Part shown: positions 20,460 through 29,812 of the stretch, in pieces
Numbering within the stretch: position 1 is the first letter of the stretch
Layout of the letters: each line of letters opens with the position of its first letter
Assembly (NCBI GenBank): GCA_049967655.1
Contig: JBMFSH010000002.1
Location: forward strand, 1 to 64,000
Direction of reading: 5' to 3'
Origin: Acidobacteriota bacterium
Lineage (GTDB): Bacteria > Acidobacteriota > UBA4820 > DSQY01
Length of the DNA: 64,000 bases
Notes under the pieces: model-generated
Told to the model about the DNA's origin: nothing
Databases searched by the model: none
Seen by the model: the letters and a program-made list of their open reading frames with translations, nothing else
Translations under genes and position numbers: made by a program

Positions 20460-21964
20460 GGAGGGAACGGCACCGTGGGCGTCTCCTGCGCCGCGCTGCG
20501 GCCGCGGCGCTGGTCCCGGCGCTGCTCGCGACGCTCTCGTGCGCCGTGGGGCCGGACTATCACCGGCCCGAGGCGGTGGCCCGGATGCCGGAGCGCTTCG
20601 AGGGGGCCGGCGTGACGTGGCGGCGCACCGAGCCGGCCTCGGCGGCCGTCCCCAAGGGGCCCTGGTGGGAGGTCTTCGGCGATCCGGAGCTGAGCCGTCT
20701 CGAAAGCGAGGCGGCTTCGGCCAACCAGGACCTCCGCGCCGCCGCGGCCCGCTATGCCGAAGCTCGGGCCTCCGCCGACGTGGCCCGCTCGGGCCTCTTC
20801 CCGCGGCTGGCGGCGGGCGCCTCGGCCACGCGCCAGCAGGACTCCCGGAACCGCCCCCTCTCCACCACCGGCGAAGCCGCCGGCAAGGGCTTCACCTACG
20901 ACAACTACACCGTTCCCTTCGACGCGAGCTACGAGGTGGACCTGTGGGGGCGCGTGCGGCGCCAGCTCCAGGGGGCCAGGGCGAGCGAGGAGGCGAGCGC
21001 GGCCGACTGGCAGGGGGTGCGGCTCTCGGTGGAGGCGGAGGTGGCGGCCGACTACTTCACGCTCCGCTCCCTGCTCGCCGAGGAGAGGGCTCTGGCGGCG
21101 AGCGTGGAGGCCTACAGGAAGAGCCTTGAGCTGACGAGGAATCGTCGCGAGGCAGGCCTTTCGAGCGATCTGGACGTGGCCCAGGCCGAGACCCTCCTGA
21201 ACGCCGCGCAGGCCCAGCAGCCCGCCCTCGAAGAGGCTCGCCTGCGCTTCGTGCACGCGCTCGCCGTCCTCGTGGGCCAGAGTGCGCCGCTCTTTCACCC
21301 GAACGAAGAGGCCCTGGCCGGGGATCCGCCCCTCATCCAGCCGGGCTTGCCCTCCACGCTCCTGGAGCGCCGGCCCGACGTGGCCGCGGCCGAACGGCGC
21401 ATGGCCGCCGCCAACGCGGCCATCGGCGTGGCCGAGGCGGCCTTCTTCCCGGTCCTGAAGCTCGGCGGCGCGGCCGGCTTCCAAAGCATCGAATCGGGCA
21501 CCCTTCTGAGCGCCCCCAGCCGCTTCTGGGCCGTGGGCCCCTCGCTGGCCCTGCCGCTCTTCGAGGGGGGCCAGCGGCGGGCCGGCGTCCGCTCCGCCAG
21601 GGCCCGCTACGACGAGACCGTGGCGCTCTACCGGCAGACCGTGCTGAAGGCCTTCGCCGAGGTGGAGGACGACCTCTCGGCCCAGCGGCTCCTCGAGGAG
21701 CAGTACGAGCGGGAGCGGGGCGCCTATTTCGCCGCGAGGCGCCAGCTCGAACTCGCCCAGACCCGCTACCGAAGCGGGCTGGTGAGCTACCTCCAGGTGA
21801 CCAGCGCCCAGAGCGCGGCGCAGGCCCACGAGCAGGCCCTCGCGGTGATTCGCGGCCAACGGTTCGTATCGTGCGTATCGCTCATCAAGGCCCTCGGCGG
21901 GAGCTGGGGCGAGGGGCCGGCGCCCGCGCCGCCGGACGGGCCTTCCGGGAGGAAACGCCCGTGA
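20456..21964 (+). CDS. NodT/OprM family outer-membrane efflux lipoprotein
   Basis: Lipobox-like LSC-AVGPDY, WWEVFGDPEL, YEVDLWGRVR, LLERRPDVAAAE, LIKALGGSW. Confidence 0.93.
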   Translation: MRRERHRGRLLRRAAAAALVPALLATLSCAVGPDYHRPEAVARMPERFEGAGVTWRRTEPASAAVPKGPWWEVFGDPELSRLESEAASANQDLRAAAARYAEARASADVARSGLFPRLAAGASATRQQDSRNRPLSTTGEAAGKGFTYDNYTVPFDASYEVDLWGRVRRQLQGARASEEASAADWQGVRLSVEAEVAADYFTLRSLLAEERALAASVEAYRKSLELTRNRREAGLSSDLDVAQAETLLNAAQAQQPALEEARLRFVHALAVLVGQSAPLFHPNEEALAGDPPLIQPGLPSTLLERRPDVAAAERRMAAANAAIGVAEAAFFPVLKLGGAAGFQSIESGTLLSAPSRFWAVGPSLALPLFEGGQRRAGVRSARARYDETVALYRQTVLKAFAEVEDDLSAQRLLEEQYERERGAYFAARRQLELAQTRYRSGLVSYLQVTSAQSAAQAHEQALAVIRGQRFVSCVSLIKALGGSWGEGPAPAPPDGPSGRKRP

Positions 21965-23208
21965 GCGGCCGGAAAGGAACGAGGCCTGGGCCCGAGGCCG
22001 CTGGCGGGGCGAGGCTCTCGCTGCCCGCCCTGGTCCTGCGCTTCCTCGTCATCGGGACCATCGGCTTCGGGGGCGGCATGGCCAACATCGCCCTCATGGA
22101 GCGCGAGCTGGTGCGCCAGCGCAAGCTTCTCTCCAGCGAGGAGTTCCTGCACGGCGTGGGCTTCGGCCAGCTCCTGGGCCCCTTCGCCACGAACACCGCC
22201 TTCTTCGTGGGATGCAGGCTCTTCGGCCCCTTGGGCGGCCTTCTCACCGCAGGGGCCTTCATGGCGCCGTCGGTCCTCATCGTCATCGTTTTTTCCTGGC
22301 TCTACTTCGCGTACCACAGCATCCCCTCGCTCCAGGCGGCGGTGGGGGGCGTCGGCCCGGTCGTGATCGCCCTCATCCTGGCGGCCGCCTGGTCCCTGGG
22401 GCGCAAGGCCCTTCGGCGCTGGCCCGCCGTCGTGGTGGCCCTCCTGGCCTTGGCCCTCTCGCTGCTCAAGGTCAACGCCGTCTACGTGCTGGCGGCGTCG
22501 GGCTTGCTGGGGCTGGTGCTGGGCCGCTCCCGGTTCGGCGGCCAGGGTTCGCCCAAGGCCGCAGGCCGTGGGGAGGGGGCGGCCCCCGGCGCGGCCGGAG
22601 TGGTTCTCTCTTCCAAGCTTTCCCCGCTGCCCGCCGCCCTCCCGCTCGAAGGCGCCGCCGCGGGGGGGCCGGCTGTAGGAGGGGGTGTGGGACTGGCGGC
22701 CCTGAGCTGGACCTTCCTCAAGGTGGGCTTCGTCTTCTTCGGAGGCGGCTTCGTCCTCATCCCCATCCTCCACCAGAAGCTCGTGACCCAGCTCCACTGG
22801 CTCAACAGCCGCGAATTTCTGGACGGCGTGGCCATCAGCAACCTGACGCCCGGACCCATCGCCGTGCTCGCCACCTTCGCGGGCTTCCACCTGCACGGCG
22901 TGGCGGGCGCGCTCGCCGCCACCCTGGCCCTCTTCGCCCCCGCCATGGTCCTCATGACGGTGCTCACGCTGGGCTACGGCCGCTTCAAGGGCAACGAGCG
23001 CTTCGAGGACTTCCTCGCCGGCGTTTCGCCCGCCGTGGCGGGCCTCATCGTCGGGGCGGCCTTCCTCCTCGGCCCCTCGGCCCTCCACGGCCTTCCGGGC
23101 TGGGCCCTCATGGCGCTGGCCCTCGTGCTGCTCCTGAGGTTCAAGGTGCATCCCGTCTTCCCACTGGCCGCGGGGGCGCTCCTGGGCGCCGCCGGGTGGA
23201 TCGTCTGA
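21961..23208 (+). CDS. chrA: Chromate/anion transporter ChrA
   Basis: Two homologous halves with GTIGFGGG...GPFA and GFVFFGGG...TPGPI motifs. Confidence 0.88.
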   Translation: MSGRKGTRPGPEAAGGARLSLPALVLRFLVIGTIGFGGGMANIALMERELVRQRKLLSSEEFLHGVGFGQLLGPFATNTAFFVGCRLFGPLGGLLTAGAFMAPSVLIVIVFSWLYFAYHSIPSLQAAVGGVGPVVIALILAAAWSLGRKALRRWPAVVVALLALALSLLKVNAVYVLAASGLLGLVLGRSRFGGQGSPKAAGRGEGAAPGAAGVVLSSKLSPLPAALPLEGAAAGGPAVGGGVGLAALSWTFLKVGFVFFGGGFVLIPILHQKLVTQLHWLNSREFLDGVAISNLTPGPIAVLATFAGFHLHGVAGALAATLALFAPAMVLMTVLTLGYGRFKGNERFEDFLAGVSPAVAGLIVGAAFLLGPSALHGLPGWALMALALVLLLRFKVHPVFPLAAGALLGAAGWIV

Positions 23209-23267
23209 GTCGCCGGCCGGCCGCGCCCCAGCCGGGGGTGACGCCGGATGAAAGGAGGCTTGTCGTG

Positions 23268-23744
23268 ATGAGAATGAAGAGGCTTCTCCTGGCCGCGCTT
23301 TTCATCGTGAGCTGCCCGGTCTTGGCCCAAGAGACCTTCGTGCTGGTGGGCCCGGCGGTGGGCAACGTGCAAAACAAGAAGCGGCACCTCTACGGTTCGG
23401 TAGAGCTCCGCCACCTCTTTCATTCTTGGGGGAAGCTCTCTTGGGGGGGCGGTGGCGTGGTGGAATCCAGCTCTCTTGAGAACTACGAGGGGCTCAATCT
23501 GACCCTTCAGTACGCTTTTTCAGACCGCTGGAGCGCCTCGCTGACCTCCGGTCCCGGCCGCTATTCGGATCACCACTACGACCTGGGGAGCCACCTGGAG
23601 TTCCGTTCGGGTCTGGAGCTGTTTTACCATCTCGGCAAGGGGTGCCGTCTGGGGGTCGGGGTCTTCCACTACTCGAACGGCGGCGTGGCACGCCACAACC
23701 CCGGCACGGAATCGGTCCGTGTGGCCCTTGTGATACCCTTATAG
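23268..23744 (+). CDS. Lipid A 3-O-deacylase PagL-like beta-barrel (acyloxyacyl hydrolase family)
   Basis: Signal peptide, LGSHLEFRSGLE and C-terminal HYSNGG...NPGTES motif. RBS AGGAGG. Confidence 0.8.
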   Translation: MRMKRLLLAALFIVSCPVLAQETFVLVGPAVGNVQNKKRHLYGSVELRHLFHSWGKLSWGGGGVVESSSLENYEGLNLTLQYAFSDRWSASLTSGPGRYSDHHYDLGSHLEFRSGLELFYHLGKGCRLGVGVFHYSNGGVARHNPGTESVRVALVIPL

Positions 23745-23780
23745 AAGAATGAGCCAGGGGTTGAAGGAGAGTGGATCGCC

Positions 23781-25259
23781 ATGAGGAGCAAGGCGCCAAC
23801 CCAGATGCGGGTCCGGGCCGTAAGAGGGCTGCGAAGGTTCATCGGCCTCTCTCTGCTGATCCTGGCCGCCGGTTGTTCGCACCGCGAGCCCGACCTGGCG
23901 CTCCTCTACCACGATTGGGCCAATCAGAAGCAGGGCCGGCCTCCGCTGGTGGGCATCCACGGCCTCATGGGCTCCCAGATTGTGGACCCGAGGACGGGGA
24001 AGGTGCTGTGGGGGAAGATGCGGGAGTTCTTCTCCACCACCGCCGATATGCGCTTGGCCTTGCCCATCGCGCCGGGCGAGAAGAGCGACCTGGTGGCCGT
24101 GGGCTCCATCAAAAAGGTCGGCGGAGTGGAGGTCTACGCGGGAATCGTGCAGACGCTCACCCAAGACGGCGGGTACACCCTGGTCAAGGGGGCGGAGCCG
24201 GTGCCCGAGGCCCCCTTCTTCCCCTTTGCCTACGACTGGCGCCTGAGCTGCGTGGAGAACGCCAGGCGGCTCTCGGCCTTCATCGACGCCATCGCCCAAC
24301 GGTGCCACGATCCCTCGCTCAAGGTGGATATCGTGGCGCACTCCATGGGCGGGCTCATCGCGCGCTACTACATCCTCTACGGCCGCAAAGACGTGCTGGG
24401 CGAAGAGACACCCGTGCCCACGGACGCCGGGGCGGCGCACGTGCGCAAGCTCGTCATGCTGGGGACGCCCAACATGGGCGCCGTCTCCAGCCTGCTGGCC
24501 CTCATCGACGGGAGCCGCGTGGGATTGGCGCGGATTCCCCCCGACCTCATCGCCACCATGCCCTCCATAATCCAGCTCATGCCCTCGCCTTCGGACCACG
24601 TGCTCTTCACGGCGGCGGGGGAGCCGGTCGCCCTGGACATCTACGACGTGAAGACGTGGGAGCGCGAGCGCTGGGGGATCTTCGACCCACGAAAACGTCC
24701 CGGCATCCTGCGGCGCTACCTCGACCTCCACCCCGGCGAGGGCGAGGAGCAGGCCCGAGCCTACCTGCGAGCACTGCAGGCGCATTTCGGCCTCCTCCTC
24801 CAGCAGGCCAAGGCCTTTCACCTGGCCCTGGAGGCCGGACCGGTGCCGGCCTCCATCCAGACGCTCCTCCTGGGCGGAGACTGCACGCCGACGCTCCGCG
24901 GCCTCGTGGTAGAACGGGAGGGAAGCCGGTGGGTGGTGCGCCGCAAGCCCGATGAGGTGCAGCACCCGGTGGCGGGGGTGAACCTCGCGAGCCTCTTCTA
25001 CGGGCCGGGAGACGGCGACGTGACCAAATCGAGCCTGCTCGCCGAGGTGCCCGCGAGCGCCCTGTGCGAGCCCCACACCGATCTGCCCTACGCCCTCTCG
25101 GGCTTCATCTGCGAAGAGCACATGAAGCTCGTCAAGAACTGGACCTTTAGGGACAACCTCCTCAACTTCCTGCTCTACAAGCCCCTCCCCGCGGCGGCGG
25201 CGTGCCGGGTGCCCTCGGCGAGCGGAAAAACGGCGGCGCCTTCGAGGCAAGCGAGATAA
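23781..25259 (+). CDS. Lipoprotein alpha/beta hydrolase (LCAT/lipase-like)
   Basis: Lipobox LAAGC, GIHGLMGS, YDWR, nucleophile motif AHSMGG, GTPN.G, GDG.V. Confidence 0.85.
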   Translation: MRSKAPTQMRVRAVRGLRRFIGLSLLILAAGCSHREPDLALLYHDWANQKQGRPPLVGIHGLMGSQIVDPRTGKVLWGKMREFFSTTADMRLALPIAPGEKSDLVAVGSIKKVGGVEVYAGIVQTLTQDGGYTLVKGAEPVPEAPFFPFAYDWRLSCVENARRLSAFIDAIAQRCHDPSLKVDIVAHSMGGLIARYYILYGRKDVLGEETPVPTDAGAAHVRKLVMLGTPNMGAVSSLLALIDGSRVGLARIPPDLIATMPSIIQLMPSPSDHVLFTAAGEPVALDIYDVKTWERERWGIFDPRKRPGILRRYLDLHPGEGEEQARAYLRALQAHFGLLLQQAKAFHLALEAGPVPASIQTLLLGGDCTPTLRGLVVEREGSRWVVRRKPDEVQHPVAGVNLASLFYGPGDGDVTKSSLLAEVPASALCEPHTDLPYALSGFICEEHMKLVKNWTFRDNLLNFLLYKPLPAAAACRVPSASGKTAAPSRQAR

Positions 25260-25304
25260 AGGAGCGCGTACCGATCCTAACCCACTTGCAGAGAGAGGCT
25301 TCGA

Positions 25305-26564
25305 ATGCACGAATTCTGGCAGTTCGCCCCGCCCGACGCGTTCAAGATCGTCTTGTTGCTCTTCCTCTCCTTCCTTCTCGGCCTCGAGCACGAAGAGCAC
25401 CGACCGCAGAAGGGCTATGCCTTTGGAGGAGTCCGGACCTTTCCGCAGCTCGGGCTGTTGGGGTACATCCTCTCCACCCTGGCCGGCTCCTCCGTGCTCC
25501 CGGTGGCCATCGGCTTACTCGGCGTCGTTGCCTTTCTGATCGTCTCCTACCGCCACAAGCTGGAGATCAATCCCGAGGCGGGCATCACCACCGAGATTTC
25601 GGGCCTCGGGACCTACCTGCTGGGGGCGCTCGTCCAACGCGACCACCTTTGGCTCGCGGCCACCGTCGTCGTCGCAGCCCTCCTTCTGTTGGAGCTAAAG
25701 ACGGGCCTTGAGAACTTGGCCCAGCGCATCGAGCCCGTCGAGATCATCACCTTCACGAAATTTCTCCTGCTCTGCGCCGTCATCCTGCCGGTGGTTCCCA
25801 ATCAGCCCTTTACGTCTTTCGCCATCAACCCGTTCAAAACCTGGCTCGTGGTGGTGGCGGTGAGCGCCATCTCTTACGCGAGCTACGTCTTGCAGAAGCT
25901 CACCAAGGATAAGGGGGGCATCCTGCTCTCCGCCTTCCTGGGAGGTGCCTACTCCTCGACCGTGGCCACCGTCGTGCTGGCCAAGCGCGCGGTCAGGGAA
26001 GAAAGGCCACACCTCTTCGCCGGCGCCACGCTGCTGGCCTCGGGGGTCTTCTACCTCCGGCTCATCCTCCTTCTGGCCTTCTTCAGCCTTCCCTTGACGC
26101 GCATTCTGGCGCCGAGCTTTCTCCTCATCGGGGCGGCCACCACGCTGGCGGGCTGGCTCTGGTCGCGCATACCGGATGTCCATTCAGAGAAGCTCAAGCG
26201 GGAGTGGACGGCCAGCAACCCCCTGGAGCTGCGAGCCGCCTTCACCTTCGCCCTCATCTTCGTGGCCATGCTGGTAGCCACCCACCTCACCGTGATCTAC
26301 CTGGGCGCCGGCGGCGTGTATACCCTCGGGGCCCTCATGGGTCTCACGGACATCACGCCGTACGTGCTGGGATTGACTCACGGGCTCAATACGGCGTCAG
26401 CCCTGACGGTGGCAGCCGGGGGCATCGTGATCTCTGCCGCGAGCAACAACCTCGTCAAGGGCGGCTACGCCTACTTCTTTTCGGATCGACGGACGGGCAG
26501 GCAGAGCCTTATCCTCCTGCTGGGTCTGACCCTCGTGAGCCTGGCGCCTCTCCTCCTCCTCTGA
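25305..26564 (+). CDS. MgtC/SapB-DUF4010 membrane protein
   Basis: GLEHE...FGGVRTF, GITTE, LGGAYSSTVAT, SNPLEL..A..F. Confidence 0.87.
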   Translation: MHEFWQFAPPDAFKIVLLLFLSFLLGLEHEEHRPQKGYAFGGVRTFPQLGLLGYILSTLAGSSVLPVAIGLLGVVAFLIVSYRHKLEINPEAGITTEISGLGTYLLGALVQRDHLWLAATVVVAALLLLELKTGLENLAQRIEPVEIITFTKFLLLCAVILPVVPNQPFTSFAINPFKTWLVVVAVSAISYASYVLQKLTKDKGGILLSAFLGGAYSSTVATVVLAKRAVREERPHLFAGATLLASGVFYLRLILLLAFFSLPLTRILAPSFLLIGAATTLAGWLWSRIPDVHSEKLKREWTASNPLELRAAFTFALIFVAMLVATHLTVIYLGAGGVYTLGALMGLTDITPYVLGLTHGLNTASALTVAAGGIVISAASNNLVKGGYAYFFSDRRTGRQSLILLLGLTLVSLAPLLLL

Positions 26565-26666
26565 GGGAGGGACGCGAATCCGAGGGGCGTGCCCGGCGGG
26601 AGGGCGCCGAACGCGGCTTCGCCCACAGGGCGGGGGTGTGCTAGGGTAGGGAGCGGAGGTACCACC

Positions 26667-27005
26667 ATGGCAGCATTGCAGCGCCCCCCCATCTCGGTCT
26701 TGATCGCCCATACCGAAGGTTGCGGCCACACGCCGGCCACTCGCGAGCTTGTGGAACGCGTGGCGGCCGAACTCTCGTTGCCCATCGAACTGAAGATGAC
26801 CCTCGTGCGGACGGACGAGGAGGCCCGCCGCTACCAGCTTCACGGCAGTCCCACCGTCCTCGTGAACGGCCAGGACGTGGACCCCGCCATGCGGGGCCGC
26901 ACGGACTACGGGTTCACCTGAAGGCTCTACGGGGCATCGGGCATGCCCTCGAAGGAGCTCGTAACCAGGGCCCTGCTCGAGGCGGCGGGCGGCGGCGGGC
27001 GGTAA
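26667..27005 (+). CDS. Small thioredoxin-fold putative selenoprotein (Sec at UGA 26919-26921)
   Basis: ATG 26667 after GGAGG. GC motif, GSPTVLVNGQD, then YGFT-(UGA)-RLYG...GMPSKELVTRAL continuing in frame to TAA 27003-27005. Related Cys-containing domains, as I recall them, read xCRLY...GAPS. Confidence 0.8.
26924..26958 (+). promoter_or_regulatory. Bacterial SECIS-like hairpin
   Basis: Upper stem GGGGCAT/ATGCCCT with loop CGGGC starting 16 nt after the UGA; lower stem GCTCT/GGAGC. Confidence 0.65.
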
Positions 27006-27068
27006 GAAGCGGCCGCTCCCCCCATTCCGCGACGCCTCCGCCCGTCTTTCCACGCCATCTACCGCCTC

Positions 27069-27110
27069 TTGATTTGCGTCAAGGCCGCGGGATGCGGGGG
27101 GAGCTATCCT
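27069..27110 (+). promoter_or_regulatory. Class II FNR/Dnr-type promoter candidate
   Basis: TTGAT-TTGC-GTCAA (9/10 to the FNR consensus) at 27069-27082 and -10-like TATCCT at 27105-27110. This places the box centre at about -41.5. Confidence 0.6.
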
Positions 27111-27203
27111 TGTCATCAGAGAGGCACGGCAGGGGTCCCCGAAGAGGGCCCCGCCGAATGAGAGGGCGGCAAGACCCTGGGCCTCGATACAAGGAGGTAG
27201 ACC

Positions 27204-27776
27204 ATGAAAAAGCTCGTCATCGCCGCATTGGTCCTCATGACGGCCAGCCTTGGCCTCATGGCGCAAACGCCGAAGAACCCCTGGACGTGGGAGTTGCAGG
27301 GCGGCTACTACACCTCCAGCAACTTCATGGACAGCGACTGGAACGCGAGCACGGGCATCGCCTACAACTTCACCGACAACTGGAAGCTCGCCTTCCACGC
27401 CACCTACTGGGACGGCAAGGTGAAAGACAGCCTGAACAGCACCACCAACAACATCTGGACCTTCACCATCGCCCCCGAGTACGACTACAACCTGACCGAC
27501 AAGGACCAGTTCTTCGTCTTCGTCGGTGCGGGCGTGGCCGACTTACAGTCGAAGGATTACTGGATCCGTGACAGCGGCCGTTTGCTTTACGTCCATCAGC
27601 CCTCGCAAACCAAGTGGGCCGGCGAGGTGGGTTTCGGCTACCGGCGCTTCTTCACGCCGAATGTAGGCATGTCCTTCCAGCTCACCTACACCCACATGGG
27701 TTTCGATTCCGTCCGTTACGTGAGCGACAAGACGGACATCGGCGACGCGCGCATCGGCCTGGTGGTGCGTTTCTGA
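27204..27776 (+). CDS. Small outer-membrane beta-barrel protein
   Basis: Signal peptide, alternating aromatic strands, terminal Phe (GLVVRF). RBS AGGAGG. Confidence 0.85.
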   Translation: MKKLVIAALVLMTASLGLMAQTPKNPWTWELQGGYYTSSNFMDSDWNASTGIAYNFTDNWKLAFHATYWDGKVKDSLNSTTNNIWTFTIAPEYDYNLTDKDQFFVFVGAGVADLQSKDYWIRDSGRLLYVHQPSQTKWAGEVGFGYRRFFTPNVGMSFQLTYTHMGFDSVRYVSDKTDIGDARIGLVVRF

Positions 27777-27825
27777 CGAGCGTTCCTCCCCACCTTTCCT
27801 CTCTTTTTTTCCTTCCTTCCCTTGG

Positions 27826-27854
27826 CCGGGGCCCTTCGGGGCCCCCTTCTTTTG
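27826..27854 (+). terminator. Intrinsic terminator
   Basis: GGGGCCC-TTCG-GGGCCCC hairpin followed by a T-rich tract. Confidence 0.7.
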
Positions 27855-28019
27855 TGACTCGGACCGAAAACTTGCGGCGGCTCGAAGGTGGTGCCGTTCC
27901 GAGCCGCGGGAGAGATCGGGCTTCCTGAGCCGGCGGGCCTCACGCCCGGAAGGCGGCGATTCCTCAGCCGCCGGCACCGAACCGATGGGGCCTTTCATCC
28001 CTAGACCCTCGCCGATCGG

Positions 28020-28279
28020 CCCAAATTCCGCGATGGAAACGCGGGTGCCTCCGGCCACCGCTCGGGTTCACGGGGGAAAGGCATTATCTCCTGGACGGGG
28101 AGGGCCATTCCCTCCCCGCTCCACGGGCTAAGCCCGTGGAGCCTCACCCTACCCTTGGTGCCCTCTCGCCTTTGGCTCGAGGGCGCCCCAATCCCTTGAT
28201 AGGTGACGTGGGCCTCTTCTTCAATGGCTTGCCCCGCCAACTTTCCATGCTCTTTCCCCCGTTCCATCGCGGGATTGGG
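28020..28279 (-). mobile_element. 260-bp MITE-like element with 6-bp target-site duplication
   Basis: Imperfect terminal inverted repeats CCCAAATTCCGCGATGGAAACG / CGTTCCATCGCGGGATTGGG, flanked by GATCGG on both sides (28014-28019, 28280-28285). Colinear without indels with 55698-55957. Confidence 0.88.
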
Positions 28280-28293
28280 GATCGGTGCCGACC

Positions 28294-28322
28294 TTGACTT
28301 TATATTCGGATATCCGAATAAT
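28294..28322 (+). promoter_or_regulatory. sigma70 promoter with overlapping ArsR-type operator
   Basis: TTGACT-N17-AATAAT; perfect palindrome TATTCGGATATCCGAATA at 28303-28320. Confidence 0.75.
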
Positions 28323-28340
28323 TGGATTCTTGGAGGGAAT

Positions 28341-28664
28341 GTGGCCGAATCGCTCGCTGCGCAAGCCAGATTATTTCGAGACCTGGGTCATCCTCTGCGC
28401 CTGAGGATCCTCTGCCTTCTGGCGCGGGAGGGCCGGCAGTGTTCGTGCCGCATGCTGCCCGAGCTCAAGGTGCCCCAGCCGACCCTCGCCCGGCACCTGA
28501 CCATCTTGCGGGATCACGGGCTCATCGCGGACGAGCGCGAGGGGACCATGGTCTTCTATCGGATCGCGGACGAAAACGCGCGGGCCGTGCTTCGCGCCGC
28601 CGGACTCCCCTGCGCCGGCGGCAGCGCCCCGTCGAAGAGAACGACCAAGAGGAGGAACCGATGA
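28341..28664 (+). CDS. ArsR/SmtB family repressor
   Basis: GTG start after GGAGG; LGHPLRLRIL, CSC, QPTLARHL, REGTMVFY. Confidence 0.88.
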   Translation: MAESLAAQARLFRDLGHPLRLRILCLLAREGRQCSCRMLPELKVPQPTLARHLTILRDHGLIADEREGTMVFYRIADENARAVLRAAGLPCAGGSAPSKRTTKRRNR

Positions 28665-29083
28665 TGAGGAGAGTCGTCGCGGGTGCCGTGTTCGTGTCTT
28701 TGATCCTGGTGTCGGTGTGGGTTATCGCCGGAGCTCGGGGCGGGAAGGCGACGCCTCCGCCGGAGGAGACGACCGCCGGGAAGCCGGCGGACTCCCGGGC
28801 CCTTCCCCGGATGGTGGATCTGGGCAAGACGTGGTGCATCCCGTGCAAGCAGATGGTGGCGGTCCTCCAGGAGGCCGAGCTCCGCTACAAGGGCAAGGCG
28901 GTCATCGAATTCATCGACCTGGACAAGAAGCCGGAGGCGGCCCAGGAGTACAAGATCATGATGATCCCCACCCAGATCTTTTTCACCGCCGACGGGAAGG
29001 AGTTCGAACGTCACGTGGGCTACCTGCCCTTCGAGGAGGTGGAGAAGATCTTCACCAAGATGGGCGTCGAGCGGGCCCACTGA
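28661..29083 (+). CDS. Membrane-anchored/exported thioredoxin
   Basis: N-terminal hydrophobic segment, WCIPC, IPTQIFF...GKE..RHVG. Confidence 0.88.
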   Translation: MMRRVVAGAVFVSLILVSVWVIAGARGGKATPPPEETTAGKPADSRALPRMVDLGKTWCIPCKQMVAVLQEAELRYKGKAVIEFIDLDKKPEAAQEYKIMMIPTQIFFTADGKEFERHVGYLPFEEVEKIFTKMGVERAH

Positions 29084-29787
29084 TGGAACAGCTCCTGAGC
29101 CAGTTCGGCAGCCTCATCGAGACGGCGCCCCTGCTCGCCTTCGGGGCGGCCTTCCTGGGCGGACTCCTGACCGCGAGCAACCCGTGCGTGCTCGTGAGCA
29201 TCCCCCTGGTCCTGGCGTACGTGGGGGGAAGCCAGCAGGCCACCTCGATCCGGCGATCCCTGCTGTACGCCCTGTCGATGGTGGCCGGCCTGGCTCTCAC
29301 CTTCACCGCGCTGGGGCTCGCCGCGGCCCTGCTGGGCCGCCTCTTCGGCCTCCAGGGGCGCTTCTGGCCCTACCTCATCGGGGGAGTCTGCCTCGTGATG
29401 GGGCTCCACATGCTGGGTTGGCTTCCACTTCGAATCGGCTTTTCAATGCCCTTCCGGCCCCAGAGCAAGGGTGCGCTGGGCGCCTTTTTCCTCGGGATTC
29501 TCTTCGGGCTCATCTCGACCCCCTGCGCGGTGCCCATCCTGGCCGTGCTCCTGGCCTTCATCGCCGCCAAGGGAAGCGTCCTCTACGGGGGAAGCCTGTT
29601 GCTGACCTACGCCCTGGGCCACTGCACGCTGGTGCTCCTGGCGGGCGTCTCCATGGGAGCGGTGAGGGGGCTGCTGTCAAGCCGCCGGTGGGCGAGCGCC
29701 AACCTCTGGCTGCGCCGCGGAGCCGGGGCGCTGATCCTGGCCCTTGGCCTGTACGTCATCGGGGCGCCCCTGATGGGGGGAGCCTGA
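29083..29787 (+). CDS. CcdA/DsbD-type thiol-disulfide transmembrane transporter
   Basis: NPCVL and TPCAVPIL Pro-Cys motifs, six TM helices. Confidence 0.88.
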   Translation: MEQLLSQFGSLIETAPLLAFGAAFLGGLLTASNPCVLVSIPLVLAYVGGSQQATSIRRSLLYALSMVAGLALTFTALGLAAALLGRLFGLQGRFWPYLIGGVCLVMGLHMLGWLPLRIGFSMPFRPQSKGALGAFFLGILFGLISTPCAVPILAVLLAFIAAKGSVLYGGSLLLTYALGHCTLVLLAGVSMGAVRGLLSSRRWASANLWLRRGAGALILALGLYVIGAPLMGGA

Positions 29788-29812
29788 TCTCATCGAAGAA
29801 AGGAGTGCATTC

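Noticed and set aside
28001..28267. 88-aa ORF (MERGKEHGK...) inside the MITE, also seen in the 55.7-kb copy
   Set aside because: The similarity just reflects DNA identity of the repeat. The other copies have TAG where this has TGG, and there are no transposase motifs.
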